A stretch of 64,000 nt of DNA from Octopus sinensis (Eukaryota). Shown in pieces: positions 39,831 through 53,638 of the stretch (positions are counted from its first letter, which is position 1; each line of letters starts with the position of its first letter). The DNA is taken from NCBI RefSeq assembly GCF_006345805.1, contig NC_043005.1:10168001-10232000 (forward strand), in the 5' to 3' direction. The notes under the pieces were generated by a model. The model worked only from the letters and a program-made list of their open reading frames with translations. It ran no database searches and had not been told where the DNA came from. A program made the position numbers and the translations under genes.

Positions 39831-40212
39831 GCGTAAGAGTATAAAAGTTGCACCCTTCTGTCAAGTCATGTCGAACCGGTATGATCTCAAGCTTAAATTT
39901 ACGGCCTTCACATTAGACCGTAGTTGGTGCAGGCAGCATGCTGAGGCATAGGCAATCTAATCCATTTAGTTATCTCATGATGATTGGATAATGAAGCAAT
40001 GAAAATATTGTTTAGATGAAAATATCTTTTTTAAAAATTAATCTCTAAATTTGAAATAAATAACCCAAAAGTAATAATTTCATGGTAGACTGGATACAAA
40101 TATTTTTCTAACAGTCACAAACTGGTAAATTCTCGCAAGATAGCCCTATGTACCGAACAAATGTTTCTTAATCACTTAAATTTTCCTTTCCTCTTTTTTT
40201 CATTTTTCCAAG

Positions 40213-40280
<68 letters not shown>

Positions 40281-40310
40281 CAAAGACAGAGACAGAGACA
40301 GAGACAGAGA
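40213..40310. repeat. (GA)n/(GAGACA)n microsatellite
   Basis: Direct reading. Confidence 0.95.
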
Positions 40311-41814
40311 GATTGCCTCTGGATCTCAAAGCTTGTATTTTCGTCGCATTCATCGGCCTGCAGAAGTTGAAGCTAATCTCAGGCTTCATCGACTCAACAG
40401 TTGTGCGAGACCAGGCAAAGATCATTGACATGGCTTTTTCTGCTTCAGTACTTACAGTACGCAATTTCAAATACATTATTGGCAAATTAGTTTGATAAAC
40501 CATTTTATATCCTCCCAGAACAAAACCTTGATGTTCTTATCTGTGGTAAATTCAAATTAGATTCAACATGTGTTCTTCGATTAGCAATTTATGCAGATTT
40601 ATGCATATTTTGACATGAATATTGTTTTCAATTTTCTTCTTCAACTCCGAACAAGCAAACTGTCTTGATTAAATAGCAATTAACGAAGTCATTGATTTCA
40701 GTATCACTTTGTGGTTCTTTTCTTTTCTTCTTTCCTTTTTTTTTCTTCTTTTCTCTTAAAGGGCAACGACAAAGCTTTAGCTATTATTGTATATTTGAGA
40801 ATCTGTTCTTTTCAACAAATTTGAATTTTTGTAAAAAATTTTGAATATTTAATTAATTCTGATAGTATACCGTTAATTGAGGGTAATTTTGAATTTTAAT
40901 AACTGCCACCAACAATTTGCCTAAATTAAATGGTTAACTCAAGTCATAAAGGGATCAAAATATAATATATTCTGTGAGGGAGAAATACTGGTAAACATGT
41001 ATATATACTCGTTAATGCATGGATTTAAATGTTTTTGTTGTTACGCTCGGATATAAACATATTACTAACATTTTTGAATATGAGCTTATACCAAGATTTG
41101 TCTAACGAATAAAGGTTGAACTTTATTAATTACTCATTACGGAGGTATGTTCTTGTTTAAATCTTTTCATATCGCTATTTGCTCTCGAAATATGTGTAAA
41201 TAATATAAATGTTGTCATTTAGATTTTAGAGCTGTTTCTTTTTCTTTCTTTCGTTCTTTTCCATTTTCAATAAATATTCAATGTATTTGAGGAAGAAAAA
41301 GACGAGAAAGATACTTGATATTGTTTGTAATTAATCAACGCCAACAGAGATCATCTATTTGACAAGTAGTAATTTATCATTAGTTTAATTGAAAACAGTT
41401 TTGAAAATTGCTAAAACGAATAAACAATCTAAGTGAAGCAAAAAGAGAGACATTAAAAAGCGATGCAGCGTGTAAGGAATAAGGGAATAATAATAATATT
41501 GGAAATAAATGGAAGTTCAAGGCGTCAGCATATATATCTTAAATAACAGAAAAGAGAACAGGATATGTGATATGTTATGTTTGAATGGGGAAAGAAATAT
41601 GAAATAAAATACCAATTGTTAGATAAAATATCATCTAATAATAGTTGTCAGTTAATAACAACCTAATATTAATCATTTTAATATCTACAGTCGAAAATAA
41701 ATGAATAAATACAATATATTTCGTATGCCTGTGCGTTTGTGTGTCAGTTCGTGTATGTGCGCGTATGTGTGTATGAGAGAGTGGAAATGTGTGTGTGGGA
41801 GAGAGGAGATGCGC

Positions 41815-41977
41815 GCGCGTTTGTGTGTGTGTGTGTGTGTGCGTGTGTGTTGTGTGTGTGTGTGTTGTGTGTGTGTGTGTATGCGTGCGTGTGTGTGCGC
41901 GTGTGTGTGTGCGTGTGTGCGTGTGTGTGGTGTGTGTGTGCGCGCGTGTGTGTGTGTGTGGTGTGTGTGTGTGTGTG
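41815..41977. repeat. (TG)n imperfect microsatellite
   Basis: Direct reading. Confidence 0.95.
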
Positions 41978-43399
41978 AAAAAGTATGGTAATGAGCAGGT
42001 GATCTTACTGAAAGATGATTGTCCTTAGTTGTCAGAATTGTCTTTGAGAAAAAGTAACATTTGTGAACCAACTACTAAGTAACTATAATATTAACATGCT
42101 TTTAGAAAACTAGGTCATGGATACCTTCGAAATTTTGAGTATCCACTCTGGTATTTCAAGGTCTTTATGACCTTATTTTTTATTTTCCTCGACAATCATA
42201 TTTGGACGCCTTGCTTTAATAGCATGATCAGTCTTTATGAAACGAGAGAACTTGTTTTCAACGTTGAAAGTTCCAAGTTCAAATAATTGCCCCGTAGCTA
42301 TTGCAACAAACAACAGGAGCTGAAATGGCAACAACAACAGCAGCAGCGCGGCAGCAGCAATAATGTAAAGAAAATAGCATTCTGCTTATGGAAGAAGAGA
42401 TTTCATCGTTGAAAGTAGAAAGGCCTCCAAAAGTTGCACCACTAGTACAGTGGCAAACGAGAGTTGCAATAAAACATTAGCAAAAGTGATAACAGCGGCA
42501 GCAATGGTAACAAAAACAGCACCAGCAGTAGCAAAAGCAGCAATGATGGCAATAATGACAACAATAGCAATAAGCGCAGCAGCAGCAGCAATGATTGCAG
42601 CAGTAGTAATGCTACTAAAAGAATAAAAGAAATGACAGCAACAATAGCAATGTTTTATTCACTGGAATAATCTCCACGTGGGAGTTATACATTCCCTTGT
42701 GGACGAAAGTAAAAAACGCCAAGCGATTTAGGAAAATTGAGGGGCAATGGGCAAAGCTTGCACCCATGCCTGAAATTCAAGCTGCAAATAATAAAATGAT
42801 TGTCTTCTCTTGCCGCAATTCACATTTGACTGGACTGGAGCGCCTACTCTTCAACCTTTATGAAAGGGACGCATTTTACTTGTCAGACGCTTCATTTACT
42901 GTCAATATCTGTTATGTAGAGGATTGTTCATGCTGTGGCGAAGCATGTGTTGAGGCCACGACGTCTCCAGCAATTATTTCCTTTACAGAGCTGCAGTCAT
43001 TGGTCGACCAAAGATAATACGTAGCACCTGTATTGTTGTTAAACATCACTGATCTCAACCAGTCGGGTGAAATGACAGGTAACGTTTCCATGTTGGCGTT
43101 CTATCATGGATTGTTGGTGAACAGAATCGATAGAGCGTTGGGCAAAATGCGTTGCAGTTTGCGGTATTTGTTTCAGCTCTTCATGTTCAAATCCCGCAGA
43201 GGTAACTTTGCCTTTGACACCCCCACCGTTATTCTCAAAGTAAAGAATTCATCAAGGACTGGGGACGCTGGTATTGAATAATCCTTCACAACTACTGGAA
43301 TTGGGACTATTCTAGAAATAATTACTATAAAGTTGTTTCGTGTTAATTTAGCCAGCAGTGATGTTAACTCGATGGACAATAAGTCACCTCAAATTTCCT

Positions 43400-44340
43400 G
43401 AATCTTTCTTATGGTTCTTGCAGAATGCAGGCTGACTCATTATGCAAATGCGTGTCATCCTGAACTGAAACAATGCGTGTCTCGGTTCCAGTGTCCTTTA
43501 TCCTCTTAGGTAGCAGTTTTGCTGTTTTGCCGCGTGCATCAAGTATCACAGGAACAAGTGTCATCTTAGGTTCCTACCACAATCTCTCCATCTCTCTGGC
43601 GAGGTCCTGATATTTCTCTTTCTTTTCAAACTTTTTGATATCCAATCTATTTGATATTGCAAAGTCTGTTACCCTACATTTTCTCCTCTACAATTATATT
43701 GGATCCCTTTGCTTTGATAGTATAGTGAGTCTTTATGGAGAAATCTCATAAAATCTTGTGATTATTATCCACTATCAATCTCTGGTTTGTATTCGTACCA
43801 GATTTCTGTCACTCTGAATCAGTACACTTGGCTAATATCCCACTGTACTCTTTTACGGAAACAGTCATGCCTACTCTTATATTATTTTTGTGCTAGCTTA
43901 CTGCATTCACTTAAGCGATGGTCTATACTGTCACTCCTTTTTCTCCAGATCCTGCGTTTGCTCTCTGACTGCGTTTTATAAACTTTGCCTTTACCAAGTT
44001 CGCTCTAATAGCTTGTTTCTGATACCCGCAATTAACTGGATTTTTTGTTTCGAGTTTCCATCTGTCAGCTGCAACCAGCATTCTTTACTTCCAGCATCTT
44101 CGTGTTCGGTCTGTTACGTGAATCTTTCTCTTTCAATTATTTTCACAGTCATTCTCCTTTCTGTTCCAGAATTCTCTTACTGTTTCAGAAACTTCTTGAA
44201 TATTTCTAGCAACTTACTGTATTTTTTTCTTTACTACGAACAACGTGGTTTTTAAAACCTCTACTCACAGTACGGATGATGTCTTCTGCGTTCAACTAAC
44301 AACTACCTCCGTCCTTTAATCTTCCACTGATATTCGCGTT
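43400..44340 (-). pseudogene. R4/Dong-like non-LTR retrotransposon 3' remnant (CCHC + REL endonuclease region)
   Basis: Across frameshifts: QAIRANLVKAK; DHRLSECSKLAQK*YKSRHD; WYEYKPE; KIL*DFSIKT; TDFAI; EKKEKYQDLAREMERLW; LVPVILDARG. Confidence 0.85.
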
Positions 44341-45016
44341 TATCAACTTGTTATAAGCGGCTTCAAAGTGAAGCTTTTATTTTTAAAAATGCTACGATAA
44401 TAAAAGGAAAAATAGATTATAACTGTTTTAATATGAGGTTCATAAAAAAGCAGTAAATCGAAGTTTAACAGTTGCCATTACATTAACGAAATCAAAGGTT
44501 AGCATTTATTATAACATTTACCACCACCTTATTGAAATTGTATTATTCTAGTCAGTGTTATCATAACGATTGGGAGCCTTATGTAGATTGGCCTCCTTCC
44601 ACGAATCACATTAGGTGACATCTCAGATTAATCCTTTTTAACTTCATAAAGCGTGTTTTACTTTATCATTCTCCAATGTTTAGCAAGCTTAATTACCTGT
44701 ATTCTGTACAATTGATATTGTCGATACAGTATCGATTTATTTATCAGATTTTCGTATTGTTACTAAATAATGTTAATGCTCTCTTTAACTTCAAGATGAA
44801 ACAATACATTATTTTCATTCGGAACGAAATTCCGCATATGCGTTAAATTCCAGATGCATAGCTCGTGAGGGGACTTCTTTAACTTCCTTTTTTAAAAAAT
44901 ATTTCAATGGCATCTTATGTTGTCCTCATTGACAGCACTACAAGTTGCTACAAAATTTGCAAGCTCTCCATGAAGAACAACTTCCAACTGTTCATAAGTT
45001 TCAGGTATGTAAAATA

Positions 45017-45530
45017 TGCTTAATATATAAAACTGTAGTTGTGTGAGTGTCTGTCCCTTTCGATTTAGATTCCTAACTACTCCCATATTTTGCGGTGCAG
45101 TTTAACCAAAACCGGGTATCTTATAGTCGTGATTCATATCGAGCCCGTCTGGCTATTAGCGCGCGTCTACGATGAGTCTACGATTTTAAAAATAATTTAA
45201 CATCATTTTTTATTCCATTTTAATGCATAATTTTTCGTGTGTCGATGGCGGCGGAGTTGGCGTCCATGGTCACACCTGCACCTGTTTGCTTCTCCCCCTT
45301 CTTCCCTCCCTCGTGAAGCTGTGGGGAAGGGAGTGTAAGGAAATCAACGTCGTAAAGCGTTGTCAAGGAGACCAGCGTTCTTTTAGAACAACGACTTCAT
45401 GGCTTGAAGACACCAAAACAGAAATCGCTAAGAAAGCCCGAATTGGCATCTATAAGGGAAGTAACTCTCTAAAAATGCTTATATAGTTATTTCCCTTACA
45501 AACCCGAGCAACGCCGGGCGATACTGCTAG
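45017..45530 (+). mobile_element. Helitron H1 variant with a substituted internal segment
   Basis: H1 5' part (gatttagattcctaactactccc...gcgcgtctacgatgagtc) and 3' end (cccgagcaacgccgggcgatactgCTAG|t); unique segment about 45215-45452. Confidence 0.85.
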
Positions 45531-46089
45531 TGCTTAATAAAATTCTATCCCTCGCGATTATATTTCTCTATTCACAAATTAGTTGAAGGACGGCATAATG
45601 TTGTTATGGAATGTGTTACACCATCTTGAAGACAAACTGAATAAAATTTTATCAATAAAATCGAAGACACTGATATCAGAGGGGAAAAAATTCAGGGCGC
45701 CGAAAATTAAAAATCAATTATCATAAACAACGAACGAAATCTCATTCAGTAAAAATCAAAATTGAAATCTACCATATTGATCATCGATTGTTTGTAGAGA
45801 AGGGCTTCTAGTTAATAATGCAGTATTCTTTAGTCTGAAAAATATATAAAAGGCTCTTAAAAGAACATAATCCTTTAGATTGTGACACTTTGGAAAATTT
45901 TGGTTTGTAAACTGTACACACATTGTGCAAGTGAAACATAACTGCACACTTGTACCAGTGAGAATAGTACATTTAGTTGTTGTATAAACTACGACAATAT
46001 GGTCATACTTTAATGAGTCAAGTAAAGATAGCAGGTGTACAAATTGTAATATCGAAATAGAGAATATTACTAAGACCTCATTGGTAATT

Positions 46090-46340
46090 CTAGATTTTAT
46101 ATTCAGAGAAAAATGTGCCATAGCTTTTCGAACGGTTTCTATATTGTATGAAAGGATTAAACTAACGTCTACATTTCTCACAATCTTTAAATATTGACAA
46201 AGCTTCCAGTTAAACAGCATCTGATCCTCATTTAATGAGTAATAGTATTCTTCATTGAAAACCAACTGGTCTATCTGATGAAGAAAATACCACACTCATG
46301 ACTGCAGAAGCATCAGTCTCATGATAAAGCTTAGGATACT
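46090..46340 (-). pseudogene. Possible very degraded Ty3/Gypsy RNase H fragment
   Basis: ETDASAVMSVVFSSSDRPVGF and IETVRK..HF loosely resemble TDAS..GAVLSQ..RPVAF and IVEAVRKWRHFL. Confidence 0.25.
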
Positions 46341-47129
46341 GTAACTGTATCTGCTTTTAATATGAAAAGAAAGTTTAATGCCTCGATATGCAATGTAAAT
46401 TACTTTTACCTGTGCAATTAATGGTAACTTTTAATCTGTTGAGTTTCGTAAGCAAGCAATTTTAATAAGTTTTCGGGGTAAAATGTAGATAGTATAGAAA
46501 AATATAGCCAAAGCTTTAAATTCTTGGCGTCAATATGCCTATTCCAATTTTCAATGATCTAACCAAAACAATTTCTTGACAAACAAATATATATGAATTA
46601 ATGTGAAATTAATTTCTTTGCCAACATTTAAAAGAAGCAATGAGATGTGAATCATTTTCACACTAAAAATTCTTATATCAATATAAGTGAAAGTATTTAT
46701 GAGATAATATTTCTCAATTATTGTGTCCTTATACTTGCGTATGTGACACAAACAGGCAATAGATAAAACTGATACAAATTCCCCATTAATTTCAAATACA
46801 GTAAGGCTTTTATCTTTATTCCGAATTTATCTTCAATGATAACCCGATTTTATATCTATTTTAGAGATAATTTCATTTTTAGCAACCCTATTCGCAATGT
46901 TGTCAAGATCGAAAGATTGATAGGCATCATGCTGAGAGTATCTATTGACAGTTTGCAAATAGTTTATTAACAATCGAGGGTTCTTACTTCTGATAAAACT
47001 TTGTACAAATCATGGTAAAAGTGAAGCCTTCTAACAGGTACTTAATTAATTTTTGAAGATGAATTCACAATCTCCTGAAGATAACTTGCGTGATTTAGTA
47101 CACTCGTTTTGAAGACTTGATAAAAAAAA

Positions 47130-47480
47130 ATAAACAGAAAACAGAGTATCCAAGTTAATTTTCATTTATTTTTATCGTTTCTTTGATGCAACCTCTGTGG
47201 TGATGTAAAAGCTTCCCACCTCTCAAAACATTTCTTTAAATTTTCAATGAAACATGTACGCTCTTTTAAGCTGCTGCAAATGGGAAGCAAAATGTAGACT
47301 AAATATTCCATAGCTGGTTTGATTTTTCATATAAACAGGCAGCCTTCCCAATCGGTAGCTTCATCTGATCAAACCAGTTGGTCAATAGTGGTAGATTTTA
47401 TAATACTTGTGGAACCAACACTGTACTTCGATGTAAGCTGTTGATGCTGCTAACGCCTTTGTTTGTTCAAGACAACGAAT
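47130..47480 (-). pseudogene. Possible Tigger/Jerky-like transposase N-terminal remnant
   Basis: QLTSKYSVGSTSI and PICSSLKERT fragments in different frames; weak. Confidence 0.3.
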
Positions 47481-47779
47481 GCCAATCATTCAGAAAGCTA
47501 CAATGAAGTCTGTAAGCACCAAATCTTGTGTCATCTTCAAGATCTTTTTCAGGAAAAAGCTGTGTTCCACTACATTATGCGCAGTAGACGATCAAAAAAA
47601 TACACCTGTTATCAGACTGTTCTGGAACTCATCCTCGATGTGATGAGACACAGAAATTGCTTGTTGTAGATTTACCACAGTCAGAATCTGGCTAAAATAC
47701 CGGAAGGTACTGACTACTGCATTCAGTTATGTAGATTTATTACTTTCCTTGAAATTTAAACAGAATTTGAATAATTCCT

Positions 47780-48160
47780 TCTTGTCGGTATACCACTCCC
47801 AAATTTGGTGTATGTCAAGTTTTAGAAACGCATCCTGGAACACGCTCTCAAGAGTAGTGAGCTGTTCCGGGTTATTTCCAAATTCAGAGAGTAGGGTCCT
47901 AGGTAAACAGAGTCGTCTAATACTTTGCCAAAAGCCACAAGCGGGTAGTGAAGTGTGAGAGGGTGCGCTATCGTATTGCAGTATCTAAGTTTGGCTTAAA
48001 CATGCCTCTGACATCTTCCTTCATACTGCTTCTTTCCAAAATCTCGGGATATCCAAATAAAAGTCTTTATTTATCGTGTCGCCACGTGGAACAAATTCAC
48101 AGAGCAAGACAGTGTTCTTCCAATCAAAAATGACAATCAACATCGCTTTCAGATTAAACG
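47780..48160 (-). pseudogene. mariner transposase remnant (catalytic region)
   Basis: KAMLIVIFDWKNTVLLCEFVPRGDTINKDFYLDI...WKEAV; ILQYDSAPSHTSL; PYSLNL. Confidence 0.8.
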
Positions 48161-48224
48161 ATTCTGACGTGATTTGTGTGTGTGTATGTGTGTGTGTGTG
48201 TGTATGTGTGTGTGTGTGTGTGTT

Positions 48225-48257
<33 letters not shown>

Positions 48258-50324
48258 GTGTTTGTTAGAGAGAAGGTCAAGGTCATCTATATACAGCGCT
48301 GCAGTCATGAGTACATTGATCTTGTTAGTTGGTGCTATATTTTAAAAGTCCAGATCCTTTTTGGACAGACTTTGTATGTTCTAAGAAATGTTTTCATGTG
48401 GGTATCATTTGATTTTTCATTGATATTTAAATAGTCAGCACTGGTGCAATAACACACTGGTCACAAATACGATTGATACGACATTCAGATGGTGTTAACT
48501 TTGATGTTCATAATGTGACGTTGATGAATAAAATCTTTGCTAGAAGCTTTTGTTCAACAAGCTATGATAATAATAGGACATACAAAAATAATATAATAGC
48601 AGCAATAATACGAGATGTATAAACAATAAACCAGAGCTGGACATTGATCATAGATCTGTCTTAGCCACAGTGTGAGGTTCGCACTACTGAAGAAACTTCA
48701 ACGCAGTCTCTCGATCTGTACCCAAATAGCAACCAAATATACTTCAAATTAGATCGTGCCGTCTTAAAGTAATGAACATACTGAAAAATTTACAAAAAGA
48801 CAAGAAGGTCACGGTGGGAATGGCATTGATCATATACCTTTCCGACTAGAGATGGACCGGGTTGGGCAACAACACTCAACTTTTGTCGTGCTTGTGCGCC
48901 TGGTCCAGCAAAACTGCAACTAAGACATTCCAGTCATTACCATTACTTTCTATTCGGTCACAGGTTGTCCAGAAAGAGATTATTCAAGATTATCCCTTTT
49001 GAGACGGATGAATGAGATCGAAGAGAGTTTTTATTGCTGTTTTAGCGTGGCCACATACTATTGGCCGCCATAGTTAAAAGCACTGAAAATATGTAATGAA
49101 AGATTTATTTCTGATAAATTACTTCCAGTTGTAATTTTCTAAGCTACTAACTCATTAAAGAAAGTGAGACATTGACTATTTTCTAATAACTTTGCTATTC
49201 GTCTTCTGATGATGGTCAACATATAAGGGACAAATATAGCAAATTCTTTGTCGAGGGAACATTCACTTTATAAATCTCAAGGCAAACTACCATTGCTGCA
49301 TTAGTTGGAGAGGGGATTCTCAAAATAAATACTGAAACATTTTTAGCTGCGAATTAAAACCCAGATTATTATGCTTGTTGTATAGATGTATAACACAAGC
49401 TTATGCCCTTCCTCAATGTCATAGAGTAGAGATCATATCTCTCATTTTACGTCAAAAGTTGTGTATTTTATAAAGCAAAGAGAGAGAGAGAGAGAGCGAG
49501 AGATTTTCAACTGATATGCCTCAGAGATTAAGAATATTTCTTAGAACTTAATTCACAAACCATAAAAGGAACACAAATAAAGAAGAAAAAATAGCAAAAT
49601 ACTTCTATTTGGTAACGTTAAAAGAAATATTTAGCCAGTAAGACTGAAGAAAAAGTGAAGTAGCCTGAAAAAGTCATTAAGTTGTTTCTTTTTTAAATTT
49701 CGATAAGAGACCCATGGGGTTACAGAGAAAAATAAAGATTATATCGTCAAAGAAAATTACAGTAAAATCTTTCTAAAGGAAAAAGAAGCTATTGTCATCA
49801 GATCTTGAAGTATATGAAATTTAAAATGAAAAATAAAGCTTATATTCATTCTGGCGTTTTTCACTAAAATTACAAAAATATCAAATGCGAATTGTCACAG
49901 TATAAAATTTCAATTAAGAAGTCTTGAGAAAACATTTAGAATGGTTTCGTGTTGTCCATAGAGTAAGATAAAAGAAGACTTTGCAAGCAATCTAAAACTA
50001 GTAACAAGTTGAGAATTAGTACAAATGTTCAATATTAGTACGTGTACAATTGATTAGAAATAGTAAAGCGTAAATACCACAATAACCATGATGCCTCTGG
50101 GCTGTTATTGTAAAAGTTCAACAAATTCTAGGAATTTCAAAATGGAACAGCTGAATGTGAGCAAACTGGTAATGGTCTGCGACCTCAGGTTCTATCATTA
50201 GAATGTTAGACTTCTTTTCTTCCTTATGGCAGAAGTATTTTCTCTTAAATCATGAACGAACAATGAAAATGTTAACAGAGGTAAAATGCTTCAGTTACTT
50301 TTATATACGGTATTTGTTGCGTTT

Positions 50325-50362
<38 letters not shown>

Positions 50363-51025
50363 TGTGTGTGGTGGATGTGTGTGTGTGTGTGGATGTGTGT
50401 GTATGTGTGTGGATATGTATTTGTGTGTGTATGTGTGTGTGTTTGTGTGTGTGGATGTGTGTGTGTGTGGATGTGTGTGTGTGTGTGTGTGGATGTGTGT
50501 GTGTGGATGTGTGTCTGTGTGGATGTGTGTGTGTGTCTGTGTGTGTGTGTGAATGTGTGTGTGTGTGTGTGGATGTGTGTGTGTTTGTGTGTGGATGTGT
50601 GTGTGGATGTGTGTGTGTGTGGAGGTGTGTGTGTGTTGTGTGTGTGTGTGTGTGTGTGTGGATGTGTGTGTGTGTGTGATGTGTGTGGATGTGTGTGTGG
50701 ATGTGTGTGTGTGGATGTGTGTGTGTGTGTGTGTGTGTGCATGTGTGTGTGTGCATGTGTATGTGTGTGGATGTGTGTGTGTCTGTGTGTGTGCGTGGAT
50801 GTGTGTGTGGTGGATGGGTGTGTGGATGTGTGTGTGTGTGTGTGTATGTGTGTGGATGGGTGTGTGGATGTGTGTGTCTGTGTGTGTGGATGTGTGTGGA
50901 TGTGTGTGTGGATATGTGTGTGTGTGTGTGTGGATGTGTGGTGTGTGTGTGTGTGTGTGCATGTGTGTGTGTGCATGTGTGTGTGTCTGTGTGTGTGTGT
51001 GTGAATGTGTGTGTGTTGTGTGTGG

Positions 51026-51068
<43 letters not shown>

Positions 51069-51095
51069 TGAGTGTGTTTGTGTGTTTGTGTGTTC
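50325..51095. repeat. Long (GT)n satellite punctuated by GGAT
   Basis: Direct reading; source of the 170-280 aa HT/CV ORFs. Confidence 0.97.
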
Positions 51096-51629
51096 CGAAC
51101 TAGCGTCATGAAAGTCTACATTAGAGAATGGGAAATAAAAAGTCATGTTTTGTAGCCGAAAACTCAGAGCTCAGTTTTGCTTGTGATACGAAGAAATGTG
51201 TTTAACTCTTTCAAATATTAATGAGGATGCAGATACGTCGACTTAAATGTAAACAACTTTATTTGGACACAGCGTTTTCAAAATACGTAGAAGATGATTA
51301 TCCATCGTTACAAAAGGATTTACATAAGCAAATTACGTCATTCATTGCATCACATACTGAGAATGCGAAAACTGATATCGTCTGCTGTAACAATGCGATA
51401 AAAGATGCCTTGCTCTTTATTTGCGTCACACGGATTTCATATAGAAGATTTGCACCCGTGTTTCTGTTATGGAAGAATCTTGAACACCCCACGTGACTTG
51501 AGGTGGACTACGACCGTGTTGGTTTACCGTGTGTGTTGTGTGCGTGCGTGCATATATATATATATATGTACACACACACACACACACACACCACACACAT
51601 ATATATATATATATAGTTAATCCAAACAT

Positions 51630-51830
51630 GAAAACACAAAGACAAAACACAACAACGCGAGGACGTGGAACAAATATAGTATTACTGGACGCTCAGGAAG
51701 GAAGGGAAGAAGGAGGGTTTAACGTTTCGAGTGGAGCTCTTCGTCGGAAACATAGGAGAAGGAAAGATCCAGAGAAGGGAAAACGGAGGAAAAAAATCGC
51801 CAACAGTACACACGCGGTCACATTTTGAAT
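51630..51830 (-). mobile_element. Penelope-like terminal repeat with variant minimal HHR (51717-51751)
   Basis: Minus strand gttt-CCGACGA-a-gag-ctcca-ctc-GAAA-cg-TT-aaac; downstream cctgagcgtc...acgtcctcgcgttg shared with 29590-29655. Confidence 0.7.
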
Positions 51831-52329
51831 GCGTATATATGCGTGTGAGCATGCATGCATGCGTATATGTATATATGTTTATATGCATGAGTATGCGCAT
51901 CTACCCATTATTCTCTACTTCCTTTCTTCTCTTTTAATTCTACCCTAAGCGCATGAGTATATTTGCATATTCCTTTCTACGTCGCGACAGAATTTTCCAT
52001 AACCGTGAACATAAACTTTCTCACTCATAACCCCTGCATGTTCTGAAAATGTAAATTCTCAAATAAAGTGCATTTCCTATTCAAGGCTCTGATGAAGTTA
52101 GTGGATGTTATCCTCGTACTCAACTAAGAGTCCGCCACACCTTAGAGCAGAAACAGCTGTAAGCTAATGAAGTTCATGACATCACATTTGTTTTTTTCCG
52201 GTGTCATCTCTTTGTTTCTATTACCACTCTAAATTTATCTAACTTTGTGTTCTGGACCACACACGTATTGAGTTCTACACAAGGTTATTAGTATAGCTAT
52301 GCCTAAATAATATATATATTTATTTTCTC

Positions 52330-52482
52330 TCTCTGCTTATTTCTGTGTTCCTTTCTGTCGAAGAGCGTAGGCTCGAAACGTAAAAGACTTTCTCACTTCC
52401 CGAGCGTTAAACTAATACATCTCTTTGTTGTTTACACACCGGTCTTCGTCTTTTGTTTTGTTTTGTTTTCTTGTAAAATTCC

Positions 52483-52490
<8 letters not shown>
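52330..52490 (+). mobile_element. Penelope-like terminal repeat with variant minimal HHR (52351-52386)
   Basis: cttt-CTGTCGA-a-gagc-gtag-gctc-GAAA-cg-TA-aaag. Confidence 0.7.
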
Positions 52491-52530
<40 letters not shown>

Positions 52531-53444
52531 TGAAGTATATTTGCCACATAAATGTATTTGCAAATACTGATAGGGCATAGAAAAGTGTGTCAGTGTATAC
52601 CTCGCTCAGAGATTTATTATTGCCTATATATATATAGAAATATATAGAAATATATATATATATATATGATCTAGAGTGAGGCCGGAATAGAGGTAATTTG
52701 TAGCATGGTAGCTGAAGCAAGCAAGGAATATTGTAGCATCTACAGAGCACAATTTGTGACTCTATTATATCTGAGAGTGTTAATCTTCTCAGGCGTTACT
52801 AGAGTTAACGAGTTTAGAGAAAATTAATTGAAATTCAACACAAGTGGATCTAACAACCTTGTATTCGTTGACACGACAGTACTGATTGCAAATTTAATTA
52901 TTTCGGTAATTTCATAATTTCCGTGAAATCTAACTTCGATGGTCATCTAAATTCGATGGTTCCTTGCCTAGGGCAACTTGCTGCTTCAAGAAGGGCGCCA
53001 TACTTAAGACACTTCAGCTACACAAGCGATACTTCAGAAAATGTAAAAGTTGAGATGTGCGTTTTATTACAGAATGCTTCAAAGAAGAAATAGGACAAGT
53101 CGAATTTGTTTGGCGACCAAATTCCTTTGAATTATACTTGCCATCTTGCATTATGTAGTTTTAGATAGTATATATATATATATGAATAAAATATATTTAG
53201 GATCAAAGATACCCCGCTCGTGATAGATAGACTGGACTAGATTCTGCCTTACTTGTTAACCTAAAGGTCAACAAATCAAAATAGGAACAGAAATGTATTC
53301 AAATATTAGTATTAACCATAAAACAGCAAATGGTGGTGAAAGATGTTCTTTATTTCTGCAGAGTTGAGATCACGCTACGGTACATTGAGTTTACATTTTT
53401 CTAATGACCATTTAAATAACTGCAAGTAATATACGGAGACAATC

Positions 53445-53603
53445 TAGTTATTACATTATTTACATTATTTACAATTGACATATATTTGTCCTCATCTTGT
53501 TTGCTGTTAACATAACGTTTCGGTTGATATACCCTCCAGCCTTCATCAGGTGTCTTAGGGAAATTTCTAACCTAGGTTCTCATTCCTAAGGTATTTTTTA
53601 ATG

Positions 53604-53638
<35 letters not shown>

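Noticed and set aside
40454-40543. Candidate minus-strand exon ending ACT|gtaagt
   Set aside because: Stops in all frames from the best acceptor; no supporting exons.
42290-42640. CAG/CAA-rich stretch as a polyQ/polyA coding exon
   Set aside because: Degenerate trinucleotide repeat with stops and no ORF in the track.
42989-43078. Candidate 90-nt exon (tttacAG...CAG|gtaacg)
   Set aside because: Stop codons in all three frames; the alternative acceptor is weak.
45756-46295. 179-aa non-repetitive ORF on the minus strand
   Set aside because: No recognisable domain, AT-rich composition and no convincing splice context; at most a decayed retroelement region.
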